Under the pieces are notes generated by a model. The model had not been told where the DNA came from. It was given only the letters and a program-made list of their open reading frames with translations, and did no database searches. 27,886 nucleotides of DNA. Origin: a virus. Taxonomy: Duplodnaviria; Caudoviricetes. Below, one piece after another: positions 19,100 through 27,244 of this stretch. The DNA lies in the IMG/VR virus record IMGVR_UViG_3300046786_001162, positions 1-27,886 of that record; one strand, 5' to 3'. Position numbers and translations under genes: made by a program. Within the stretch, counting starts at the first letter, position 1. Each line of letters begins with the position of its first letter.

Positions 19100-19914
19100 T
19101 AGTCAATATCGTCAAAGTTGATGTCAATACTATTATAAATTTCATTTACAGTTTTAGCTCTTGATTGAGCTTTATTGTTCATATCACTTTGGATATTTTT
19201 CTTGATTGCCATTCTTTCGTTTCTATTCTTCTCTTGATTAGCAATTCTCATTGATTCACGATTGTCCAGAGCAGATGGATCAATCATTCCAAATGTTGAA
19301 TTGAATTCATTGTCTGAAGATGTTCTCAAGATTGAATGTGCTCTTGATGAAACTACAGAAGACTGTCTTAGATTGTTAATTTGGCTTTCTTCCCAAGCCT
19401 TATGACGAGATGCTTTGGCTTCTCTAACTCTTTGATTTTCAATAATTGATTGTTCACTGGTAGAAGCTTGAGAATTCAAAAATTCTTCTGAAATTGCAAT
19501 CATATCTGGGTTGAAAATAGATGCTGATCTAGAAAGCATAGCGTTCATATATTCGTCAGCTGAAAATGCTTGTAAACCACTTGTAGTTGTTCTAGCATTT
19601 TCGCCTTGATCAAATTGTGAACCAGCTCTTCTAATAGCACCAAAATCTTGTGAAAGGATTCTATCTTCAAGTGTGGTATCTCTTAAATCTTGATAAGTTG
19701 ACGCACCTTGAATCTTTTCCCAAGACTTGTTAATTGTGTTTGCTTCTTTAGTGAAACCAATATTTTGTTTAGAAATTGATTGTCTGTTTGCAGTTGAATT
19801 TCTCTTTAGCTCTGCGTAAGGATCTTCTTCAACTTCAACTTGAGCGCCAATAAATCTCTTTTCCAAAAATGATGGAATATTTTCGATTTCTGATACTTTT
19901 CTGAATCTGCTCAT
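19099..19914 (-). CDS. Hypothetical head-region protein (271 aa)
   Basis: Long ORF with SD-like CAGGA; polar, Ser/Arg/Asn-rich. Confidence 0.8.
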   Translation of the reverse strand: MSRFRKVSEIENIPSFLEKRFIGAQVEVEEDPYAELKRNSTANRQSISKQNIGFTKEANTINKSWEKIQGASTYQDLRDTTLEDRILSQDFGAIRRAGSQFDQGENARTTTSGLQAFSADEYMNAMLSRSASIFNPDMIAISEEFLNSQASTSEQSIIENQRVREAKASRHKAWEESQINNLRQSSVVSSRAHSILRTSSDNEFNSTFGMIDPSALDNRESMRIANQEKNRNERMAIKKNIQSDMNNKAQSRAKTVNEIYNSIDINFDDID

Positions 19915-19945
19915 GTTTATTTTCCTGCTCTTACTTTTATTTCAA

Positions 19946-20003
19946 TCCTCATAAATTCAAGAATGTCCCAGGGCTTTCGCCCTGGGATTATTTTTCTTGA
20001 GGA
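19946..20003 (-). other. Structured intergenic RNA element: GC-rich GAAA-tetraloop hairpin with extended outer stems and no U-tract
   Basis: Minus strand tcccagggc-gaaa-gccctggga (19966-19987), enclosed by tcaagaa/ttcttga or alternatively tcctca/tgagga. Confidence 0.7.
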
Positions 20004-20009
20004 ATGTAA

Positions 20010-21047
20010 TTACTTTTTGTCGTACTTCTTGGTGAAGAGTGCGTCAATCCACTCTTGATCGCCATAACCGAGTTCATTCTTCCAGTAATCAATGATTCTG
20101 GAATAGTCTGCATCTGTAAGAGTTGCAACTTTGATCATTGAAGAAGCTGCAGCAACCTTGACATTGGTTTCGAGGCCAGAAGCAAGAACATTCTTGATAT
20201 CAGACAATTTGTCAACTTCAGGAGCAGATGTTTCGCCCAATCTAGCATTTACATACTCAACTGGAAAACCTTCAGCAATAGCCTTAGCAGCAAAAGCTTG
20301 TTTCATTTCATTTGTCATTTGACTTGTCTTTAAGAATCCTTCAGGTTGCTTCTTTTCAGCAACAACTTCTTTAGCAACTTGAGCAGCTTCAACATTTTGA
20401 ACCAATGCTTCTCTATAAGCTCTTCTTTGTGCAAGCTTCACATTGACTTCTTGTTGAGCCTGTACTTGGCGCTCAATCTTGCTAGCTAATCTAACTCTTC
20501 TCTCGTGGCGAGCAGCAAGGATAGCATCTTTGAGATCTTCATCACCAGCAGAAACTGCAGCTTCTACTGCTTCAGCTGATAATTGTGATGGGTGGTTGAA
20601 GTGGAAAGCTTTCTTTTCAGATTTGGACTTAGGTCCTTTTCTCTTCATAGGGCCTTTGTCAGCCTTTTCATCATCACATTCGCAAGGATCACAATCGCAA
20701 TCTGGGCACTTTTCTGATTCTTCATCATCAGATTCTGCTTTCTTGCCTTTGCCATTCTCTTCCATCCACTTTTTCAAGCCTTCTGGAAGACCCTTCTTAG
20801 CTTCTTTGCTCCAGCCAGCTTTGTGGTCCATTGATGCTTCTGCATCATCATCGCCATCTTGACCTTGCATTTCATCAATCTTTTCATCACCGATAGCATC
20901 GATAAGAGCTTTGAGACCCTTGTTCTCTTTTGGCTCTTTTGCTTCAGCTAATCTTTGGTTAAAGTTATCCCAATCGATTCCTTGAAATACCAAGTCAGAA
21001 TCAAGAGGATCTTCTTGAAATCTGTTTGGGAAAATTCTATCTGCCAT
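20010..21047 (-). CDS. Probable abundant head core/internal protein (345 aa), Ala/Glu/Lys-rich coiled coil with a CPDCDCDPCEC cluster
   Basis: Has its own late-type promoter and a strong SD (GAGGAG). Many [KR]-x-A motifs. Confidence 0.75.
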   Translation of the reverse strand: MADRIFPNRFQEDPLDSDLVFQGIDWDNFNQRLAEAKEPKENKGLKALIDAIGDEKIDEMQGQDGDDDAEASMDHKAGWSKEAKKGLPEGLKKWMEENGKGKKAESDDEESEKCPDCDCDPCECDDEKADKGPMKRKGPKSKSEKKAFHFNHPSQLSAEAVEAAVSAGDEDLKDAILAARHERRVRLASKIERQVQAQQEVNVKLAQRRAYREALVQNVEAAQVAKEVVAEKKQPEGFLKTSQMTNEMKQAFAAKAIAEGFPVEYVNARLGETSAPEVDKLSDIKNVLASGLETNVKVAAASSMIKVATLTDADYSRIIDYWKNELGYGDQEWIDALFTKKYDKK

Positions 21048-21087
21048 AATTAATTTTTCTCCTCAAGAAAAAATACATTAAGAAAAT

Positions 21088-21113
21088 TTCTAAATTTAAT
21101 GCTCAAATTCCTT
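21088..21113 (-). promoter_or_regulatory. Putative phage late promoter AAGGA-N16-TAGAA
   Basis: Minus strand aAAGGA-atttgagcattaaatt-TAGAAa. Confidence 0.65.
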
Positions 21114-21125
21114 TAATGCATCCAT

Positions 21126-21506
21126 TTATGTTTTTTTACTGAAAATTACTTTCTTGCCCTTCAAAAACAATTTATCTCCAACACCGATGCCTAATTTTTT
21201 GAACAATCCTTTATTTGCTTCTACAACAAATACAACACTGTTCGAATCTGGAGATACAGATTTAGGGTCATCTGCTTCCATATCCTTAATATCAACAATC
21301 TTATAATTTTTATCTAAAAATGCTAAAGAAAGTGGAAAAGAAACATTCTTATTCCAAAATGAATAGCAGTCTGGATAATCAAAAGTAAAAAATGCTACTT
21401 CATAATCATCCAAAGGCTCGGCATCCATCAAACCTTTAGTACGTAATTTATCTGTATCTGCTACAAATCTAACATCGAATTCATCACGGAACTCTTTGTT
21501 AGTGAG
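21126..21506 (-). CDS. DUF192-family domain; the reading frame extends upstream of the called start (21431) to the TGA of the preceding gene
   Basis: FVADTDKLRTKGLM...FTF...SFWNKNVSFPLSLAFLD...VVEANKGLFKKLGIGVGDKL matches the DUF192 pattern VADT..R..GLM...FWMKNT..PLDI.F...VLE..AG......GD. Confidence 0.8.
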   Translation of the reverse strand, partial: LTNKEFRDEFDVRFVADTDKLRTKGLMDAEPLDDYEVAFFTFDYPDCYSFWNKNVSFPLSLAFLDKNYKIVDIKDMEADDPKSVSPDSNSVVFVVEANKGLFKKLGIGVGDKLFLKGKKVIFSKKT

Positions 21507-21998
21507 TCAAGAACCAACTTTTCTAAATTTGTTTGATGATGCTTTTACACTTCTAGCTTCTTCAAGATCAAATCTATCTTTTGTTCTTTGCTTTCTAAAT
21601 TCATTAACATTGTCAATGCTCAAATAATGATCACGTAATGCTAATTTCGCTCTCTCGGTAAGTTCTACAGATCTTCCGTATCCAGTAAGTAAACCTGCAG
21701 TTTTAAGTGCTAAAAGATCATTGTCAGAAATTTCTGTTGGAACACCACAAACTTTGCTATCCTTGTGTAAAGCAACATAGCTAGCTGCAGTGACTAAAGC
21801 ATCTGTATTTGCATCAATTGACTTAAGCATATCTAAGTATTTTTCACTTAACTTAGCAGCTTCAATTTTCTTAGGAGCTTGTGAAACGCCAAGAAGTTGA
21901 ATTTGAATATCAGAAAGTCCAAGACCTTCCATTGATGGTCCGTCAAATAACTCTGCGTGTAAGTCTAAAGAATGAACTGGTTTAATTGGTATAGGCAT
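21507..21998 (-). CDS. Hypothetical protein (163 aa) with a winged-helix-like segment
   Basis: SD AAGGA. LLALKTAGLLTGYGRSVELTERAKLAL resembles a wHTH recognition helix plus wing. Confidence 0.7.
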   Translation of the reverse strand: MPIPIKPVHSLDLHAELFDGPSMEGLGLSDIQIQLLGVSQAPKKIEAAKLSEKYLDMLKSIDANTDALVTAASYVALHKDSKVCGVPTEISDNDLLALKTAGLLTGYGRSVELTERAKLALRDHYLSIDNVNEFRKQRTKDRFDLEEARSVKASSNKFRKVGS

Positions 21999-22009
21999 AA
22001 TTTTATTCC

Positions 22010-22468
22010 TTATCTGTTTGGTATTCTATTTTTCCAAGCATTTCCTTCATCAACATTTTTCTGATATGTTTCTTCCCAGGAAAATTTATCATTTAAATCT
22101 TCTCCACTATGAATTGCCATTGACGGACTGGAAGCTGGATTGCCTGGATCAACATATGCTGGTCCTGGAACATTGTCTGGACCGTGTAATTGTCCTTCTA
22201 TATTTTGACCGTCAGCTTCTCCACCCAAATCTCTATATTCTTTTGGAATTTTTCTGGGGTTAATTTTTTGTCGCCAGAAATCATTCTGTTTAGTTTCTTC
22301 TTCAATATCTTCGTAAGGAACTAAAGAAACATTAGGCGATTGAGTTACTGATTGTTGAGGATAATATTGAGCAATTTTTTCAAACAAATTGTCGGCCTTA
22401 GAATAATGCCCAGTTTTGTCTAATCTTGAACAAACCTTGATAATTGTTTGAATTGAATTTGCGTCCAT
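22010..22468 (-). CDS. Hypothetical head-region protein (152 aa)
   Basis: N-terminal helical hairpin IIKVCSRLDKTGHYSKADNLFEKIAQ followed by a Pro/Gly-rich region. Confidence 0.75.
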   Translation of the reverse strand: MDANSIQTIIKVCSRLDKTGHYSKADNLFEKIAQYYPQQSVTQSPNVSLVPYEDIEEETKQNDFWRQKINPRKIPKEYRDLGGEADGQNIEGQLHGPDNVPGPAYVDPGNPASSPSMAIHSGEDLNDKFSWEETYQKNVDEGNAWKNRIPNR

Positions 22469-22477
22469 AATTTGTTG

Positions 22478-22503
22478 TTGTTAACTCTCTCTTTATTTAC
22501 CTT
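22478..22503 (-). promoter_or_regulatory. Putative late promoter variant AAGGT-N16-AACAA
   Basis: Same -35 and spacing as the other copies, with a degenerate -10. Lies 9 nt before ATG, with no SD. Confidence 0.4.
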
Positions 22504-23495
22504 TACAAACTATGACCGCTGATTCCGTAAAAAGCAGAACCATCATAAACTTCTTCAATCCCTTTATCTTCTTTCAAGGATTGATCGTTGTAATCTAAAT
22601 ATGTTGTAAATTTTTTATTTGGATGCATTTGTTGTTCTAAAGGCATAAAAACATTCACATCATTCATTACTTCTGATTTTGGAGCAATATCTTTTGGTGC
22701 GTGGACATTTGCTTTTCCATCAGGCTCAGGATAAGTTAAAACAGTGTCTTTGAGTTCGTATTCTTGAAACCCATCGTGATCAGGTGTATTAACTGTCATC
22801 AATTTTGTCAAGTAATCATCAAATTCTTCACCGTGAGTTAACACAGGGGTCTTACCTAATGATGGATGAGTAAACTGAGCTTCATCAAAATCATTTCTAT
22901 TTTCAGGATATTCATCAGTTATCCTATTTCTTCTTCTGACTGCGTAATCTTCAGCTACACGATTAATTGCTTGATCAGAGATAGCAAAATGTAATCTTTC
23001 TGGCTTATCAGGATCTTTGTATTCTTCTCTAGGATATTTGTAATCTTTATTATATTTATGACGATCTTCTAAAGCTTGTTCCATAGTCATCATATGTTCA
23101 GCTTTAGGTCGATAATGTTCTTTGATGTATGCTGGACTATTTTTTAATAAACTATTAGCAGCGTTCTCTAATGTTTGTTTGTAATTATGAAGTTGAGCTC
23201 TAAATTTTGCTCTCATTCTTTCTTCAGGCGTTAATTCATAAGAGATTAAATCTTCATAATTTTTATGTTGAGGAGTTAGTCTCGACTCAATGTTTACATC
23301 TCTGTTATCAGGCTCAATGTGAGTTCTTCTTAGCAATTTATCAAAACTAGCATCTTCGTCTACATAGATATTAATCTCGTGACCACCCCTATTAGATCCA
23401 CCACGACCTATAGGGCTGCCACCAGGCTGAAATGGAGCACCATTCCCTCCACCGCCTACACCACCAAATTGAGCTGTTCTGATATTGTTAGACAT
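22503..23495 (-). CDS. Hypothetical head-region protein (330 aa) with a Gly-rich N-terminus after RTAQ
   Basis: Long ORF directly downstream of TerL. Confidence 0.8.
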   Translation of the reverse strand: MSNNIRTAQFGGVGGGGNGAPFQPGGSPIGRGGSNRGGHEINIYVDEDASFDKLLRRTHIEPDNRDVNIESRLTPQHKNYEDLISYELTPEERMRAKFRAQLHNYKQTLENAANSLLKNSPAYIKEHYRPKAEHMMTMEQALEDRHKYNKDYKYPREEYKDPDKPERLHFAISDQAINRVAEDYAVRRRNRITDEYPENRNDFDEAQFTHPSLGKTPVLTHGEEFDDYLTKLMTVNTPDHDGFQEYELKDTVLTYPEPDGKANVHAPKDIAPKSEVMNDVNVFMPLEQQMHPNKKFTTYLDYNDQSLKEDKGIEEVYDGSAFYGISGHSL

Positions 23496-23504
23496 AATGA
23501 TTTG

Positions 23505-23530
23505 TTCTTATTAATTAAAAAATTTACCTT
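23505..23530 (-). promoter_or_regulatory. Putative phage late promoter AAGGT-N16-AAGAA
   Basis: Minus strand AAGGT-aaattttttaattaat-AAGAAc, 9 nt before ATG. Confidence 0.6.
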
Positions 23531-25641
23531 TATCGTCTATTTAGATTTACCATTTTTGCTCTTGGCAATCTAATCATAATTTTAGATGTAAGACATTCGT
23601 AAGCAACAGCAGCTACAGCATCGCAAATGTCATCTTTGTATCCTGAAAGAGCTTCTATGTAATATCTTTTGCCTTTCCATTTCTTTTGTAAGAATAAAAA
23701 TTGGATTTTAGCTTCTTGAATTTCATTCAGAGTAATCAATTTATTATCTAAATCTCGATATTCTCCGCCAGATAAATCATAAATATCAATACGATCATCA
23801 CGAACTAGTTGAGATAGTTCAGTGTAAATTTTCTCTTTATATTCTTTATTGAATTGACGCTCTACAATAGGAACTCTTCTTGATTGCAAAGCTATAAGAG
23901 AAGATTGTGAATTCCATTGATCAATACTTACTTGTTTGAATTTAAATTTTCTATGTAATTCAATAACATAATCTTCAACATCTTTTTCTTTAACTGGCTG
24001 ATTTTTTGTTTTAGGATTCCAAAAATGAATATGATCTATCACTACTCTTTTTAATGGTTGAAAATCTGGTCCAATTTGCCCATACATATTTTCGGTATGA
24101 GCAACAACAAGGGCATAATAGTCAGATGTACGTGCTGGATCTAGATGGCAGAAATATTCGAAATGTCCTTCTGCTTGTTCTTTTCTTTTTACCATAGACA
24201 TTGAAGAGAACATTCTGTCAATATCTTCTGAATTGAACATCGGATCAGATGAAGAAGCTCCAAATTCTGCCCCGTATTGCATTTGGAATTCTTGAGGATC
24301 TTTTTTCTTTTGCCCATCTAACCATTCTTTGTCGATGTTTGGATTAGTAAGCCAAGTGGGAAGTCTCATAACAAGTGTAGTAGGATCTTCTTGTCTGTTT
24401 TCGTGCAAATCATAAAGCAATCCTAATGGTCCTTTAGGGTTGGAAAGAAGCATCATCTTTCCATCTTTACCAAATGTAGCAAGAGATGGCTTTAAATCAT
24501 CGTACAGAGCATAGTCAACACCAGATTCAGGATTATCTCCCGCCATAGCTGCAACTTCGTCCATAATGATTGTCCAACAAGTTAAACCAACAAGACCTGA
24601 AGCATTACTGGAACCACATCGCAATACTAAAGAACCCGCAAAAAGATTGATATTTTGCTCTTTTCTTCTTACATTCTCTTCTCGGTCGTGTTCAGTGTAG
24701 AATCGCATTTCAAGCTCTGTATCTTTGCCAATATAAGGTGCAAAAAATGGAGAAGCTAAAACTGTTTGCTTGATTTTAGAGAAGATTGCTTTTTTAGCCT
24801 GTTCTTCATTACGAGCAACGTTAAGAATAACAACTTCGTCAAATTCCATCAAACCATATCTTGCTTGAGGATGACCCATAGAAATCAATCTATACAATTC
24901 ATAAAGAGCCATAGCAGACACAAGGAACGATTTTCCAGAACGTCTGCCAAGCACTAAAACTAATTCTTCAAATTTAAATCTTTTAGTGCATTTTTCTTGA
25001 ACTTGCATCCTTAATTTTGGATCAAATTCTTCAGAATAAAGTAAATCAAATTCACTTTGAAAACCATCAATAATTGGTCTTGCTTCTAATATTTCTACCT
25101 GTCTTTCTGCATCAGGGTTAGTAGCTTCATCTTTTGCATACTTGTATCTTTCATCTCTAACATTGTTGTCAAGACGTTTGCATTGTAAACAAGGAGAATT
25201 AACAACATTAAAAATTGTTTTGAATTGTTTACCTTCTGAACGAGCTTTTAAGAAATCATTCTCATTCTTGTGAACATAATTCCAAACACATCCCTTGCAA
25301 TCTTCTTGATTGTCAGATTCATCTATAACAAGATTGGTATTACCTTCCTGCCCCATATAAAAACATTTTAGAATAAGTTTTTGCCAGGGATAAGGTTTCA
25401 GATTACAAAAATAAGGATGCTCAATAAAAGTAATAATATCTACAATTTGATCAGGGTTGAATCTGTCCTTGACTGGCTTTAGTGGAGGAGCAACTTCTGA
25501 TCTTGTAGCAGGAGCAATTTCATCAACAAAATCATCTGCATATTCAGTACCCTTAAATAATTCTGTTACTGAATTGGCTTGTTGAAGTAGTTGGTTTCTT
25601 AGTTCTGTTGGAGATTTAGGAACTTGTGTTTGTTTTCTCAT
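23530..25641 (-). CDS. terL: Terminase large subunit
   Basis: Adenine-binding PYPWQ, Walker A GRRSGKS, Walker B IIMDE and coupling motif LSNP. RNase H-like nuclease residues HLDPARTSD, IDQWNS and KDDICDAVA. Confidence 0.95.
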   Translation of the reverse strand: MRKQTQVPKSPTELRNQLLQQANSVTELFKGTEYADDFVDEIAPATRSEVAPPLKPVKDRFNPDQIVDIITFIEHPYFCNLKPYPWQKLILKCFYMGQEGNTNLVIDESDNQEDCKGCVWNYVHKNENDFLKARSEGKQFKTIFNVVNSPCLQCKRLDNNVRDERYKYAKDEATNPDAERQVEILEARPIIDGFQSEFDLLYSEEFDPKLRMQVQEKCTKRFKFEELVLVLGRRSGKSFLVSAMALYELYRLISMGHPQARYGLMEFDEVVILNVARNEEQAKKAIFSKIKQTVLASPFFAPYIGKDTELEMRFYTEHDREENVRRKEQNINLFAGSLVLRCGSSNASGLVGLTCWTIIMDEVAAMAGDNPESGVDYALYDDLKPSLATFGKDGKMMLLSNPKGPLGLLYDLHENRQEDPTTLVMRLPTWLTNPNIDKEWLDGQKKKDPQEFQMQYGAEFGASSSDPMFNSEDIDRMFSSMSMVKRKEQAEGHFEYFCHLDPARTSDYYALVVAHTENMYGQIGPDFQPLKRVVIDHIHFWNPKTKNQPVKEKDVEDYVIELHRKFKFKQVSIDQWNSQSSLIALQSRRVPIVERQFNKEYKEKIYTELSQLVRDDRIDIYDLSGGEYRDLDNKLITLNEIQEAKIQFLFLQKKWKGKRYYIEALSGYKDDICDAVAAVAYECLTSKIMIRLPRAKMVNLNRR

Positions 25642-26321
25642 TAATTATCTTGTTGAATTTTTTCTCTCAAGGCAACAATTTCTTCTCTGATAATTCTTTT
25701 GTCATTTTCAGAATCCATCTTTTCGTGCAATTTAGCTAGGATTTCAAAAACGTTGATATTATAAATGCCTTGATTGTCTCTTACTTCTTTAAGATGCAAA
25801 ATTTTAGAAATTAACTTTTCTACCATTGCTGCTCTTTTAAGTTTCATATCATTATTTTTAGAGCAGTCAATACCTCTAACGTCATCAAGTTCTACAAGTA
25901 AAGCAGTGAGAGCAAGATGATGTTCACGGAAAATCCAAGGAGCAATAAGTTCTTCTCGTTGTTCGTAATTCTTAAGACCAGAAGTTGAGATTTTCTTAAA
26001 ATCACAGTGTTGTTCCATATGAGTATTAATCTGCATCCAGTTCATCTGTGCATCAAAATACTGTTGGAAGAATCTAATTACTGATTGATTTTTACGACCA
26101 GAATCAAGATATACGTGTTCTACTAAATCTCTGAAAGGCGAAGTACAAATAGCACACCTTGGTTCCAAAAATTGAGGATAAGATATATCACTCATATTGT
26201 CAGGAGGAAGAGGCATTAAAGGTTTGTCGCCTTCTTTCAAATCCCTGAACATTTTAGATGGTTTTTTTGGCCCTTCGTCGGGAACAATTAGTGCATCTAC
26301 AGTTTCTTTTTTTGATTCCAT
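25641..26321 (-). CDS. Putative terminase small subunit (Zn/HTH-like N-terminal domain, helical C-terminus)
   Basis: TAATG-coupled immediately upstream of terL, with CAIC...HMEQHC. The ATG at 26321 is preferred because TTG 26342 lies in the upstream terminator tail. Confidence 0.55.
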   Translation of the reverse strand: MESKKETVDALIVPDEGPKKPSKMFRDLKEGDKPLMPLPPDNMSDISYPQFLEPRCAICTSPFRDLVEHVYLDSGRKNQSVIRFFQQYFDAQMNWMQINTHMEQHCDFKKISTSGLKNYEQREELIAPWIFREHHLALTALLVELDDVRGIDCSKNNDMKLKRAAMVEKLISKILHLKEVRDNQGIYNINVFEILAKLHEKMDSENDKRIIREEIVALREKIQQDN

Positions 26322-26341
26322 TTCTATAGTTATACAAAACA

Positions 26342-26367
26342 AACAAGCCGCATAAAAGCGGCTTGTT
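26342..26367 (-). terminator. Intrinsic terminator after the 237-aa gene
   Basis: Minus strand aacaagccgc-ttttat-gcggcttgtt-tgttttg. Confidence 0.8.
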
Positions 26368-26386
26368 CAAGAGTTTAGAGTGTTAG

Positions 26387-27100
26387 TTAGTCTTTGAGAG
26401 CTCTTTTCAATCTCTGGTATGGGGAAACTGTATCAGCAGCCTTTACCATAAATTCATCAGCAAGTCCAAAATCAACATAATTACCAGCAATAAATTTGTC
26501 GCTTGATGAAGTTGCATTCATTAAATCAACTTCAGCAGATCCCTTCTTCATAGATACAACATATTTATTTTTAGAAGCAGTCTTGATTTGTGCTTCTTGA
26601 GATTGTGCTAAAAGAACATTATTCAACAATGTTTCTTCAATAAAAGGCTTCAAAGATGCGTGAAGATGACTCTTGCCAGCATTATTATCTTTAGCAGCCT
26701 CTGTAAGTCTTACCCAATAACCTAAGCCCTTTTCATCTGTCTTGACAATAGAATGAGGACCAGTGCAAAGTCTCTTGACAAATTCCTTTGCAGAAAGTTT
26801 AGTCAATGATCTTTCAATAATAGGAGCACAGTCAGAATACTTTGTTGGAACGACAGCAACTTCAACAGCAGTGTTTTGTTCAACTTCTTCAGTAGAATCA
26901 AACAACTTAGAAGCAACTCTATTAGCAATGTCCAAATCAAAATTATCCGCTGCGAGCAACTCTACAACTTCGGACTTATCGAAACCTTGATTTTTATATT
27001 TTTGAGCTTGACTATTAGCTACAACGAGAACGCCATCATTGTGTGAACGTAATTCATTGCGCCAGTTGTAAATCATGTCATTTGTGTTGTTTTCAGACAC
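26387..27100 (-). CDS. Hypothetical protein (237 aa), possibly head-associated
   Basis: GTG start with SD AAGGGAG; contains RVAS and KTAS motifs. Confidence 0.75.
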   Translation of the reverse strand: MSENNTNDMIYNWRNELRSHNDGVLVVANSQAQKYKNQGFDKSEVVELLAADNFDLDIANRVASKLFDSTEEVEQNTAVEVAVVPTKYSDCAPIIERSLTKLSAKEFVKRLCTGPHSIVKTDEKGLGYWVRLTEAAKDNNAGKSHLHASLKPFIEETLLNNVLLAQSQEAQIKTASKNKYVVSMKKGSAEVDLMNATSSSDKFIAGNYVDFGLADEFMVKAADTVSPYQRLKRALKD

Positions 27101-27160
27101 TTCTCTAATCTCCCTTAGATTTTTTTGATCCCCACCAATAAAAGGACTTAATTAAATAAT

Positions 27161-27197
27161 AAAACCTCCAGACGCACTTATAATGTCTTAGAGGTTT
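27161..27197 (-). terminator. Bulged hairpin plus U-tract between the sigma gene and the 237-aa gene
   Basis: Minus strand aaaacctc-taagac...gtctg-gaggtttt-attattt. Confidence 0.55.
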
Positions 27198-27244
27198 TTG
27201 TGGAACATAATTATATAATACGAGAAATCAAAAAATATATTCCA

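Noticed and set aside
24970-25350. Possible intein in the TerL insertion (also considered for portal and protease)
   Set aside because: No intein N-terminal block, no His-Asn-[Cys/Ser/Thr] end and no LAGLIDADG motifs were seen.
5972-26990. Numerous plus-strand ORFs (e.g. 5972-6415, 8400-8807, 10462-10800, 20479-20862, 26763-26990)
   Set aside because: Antisense to well-supported genes; the Ser-rich translations simply mirror Asp/Glu codon runs.
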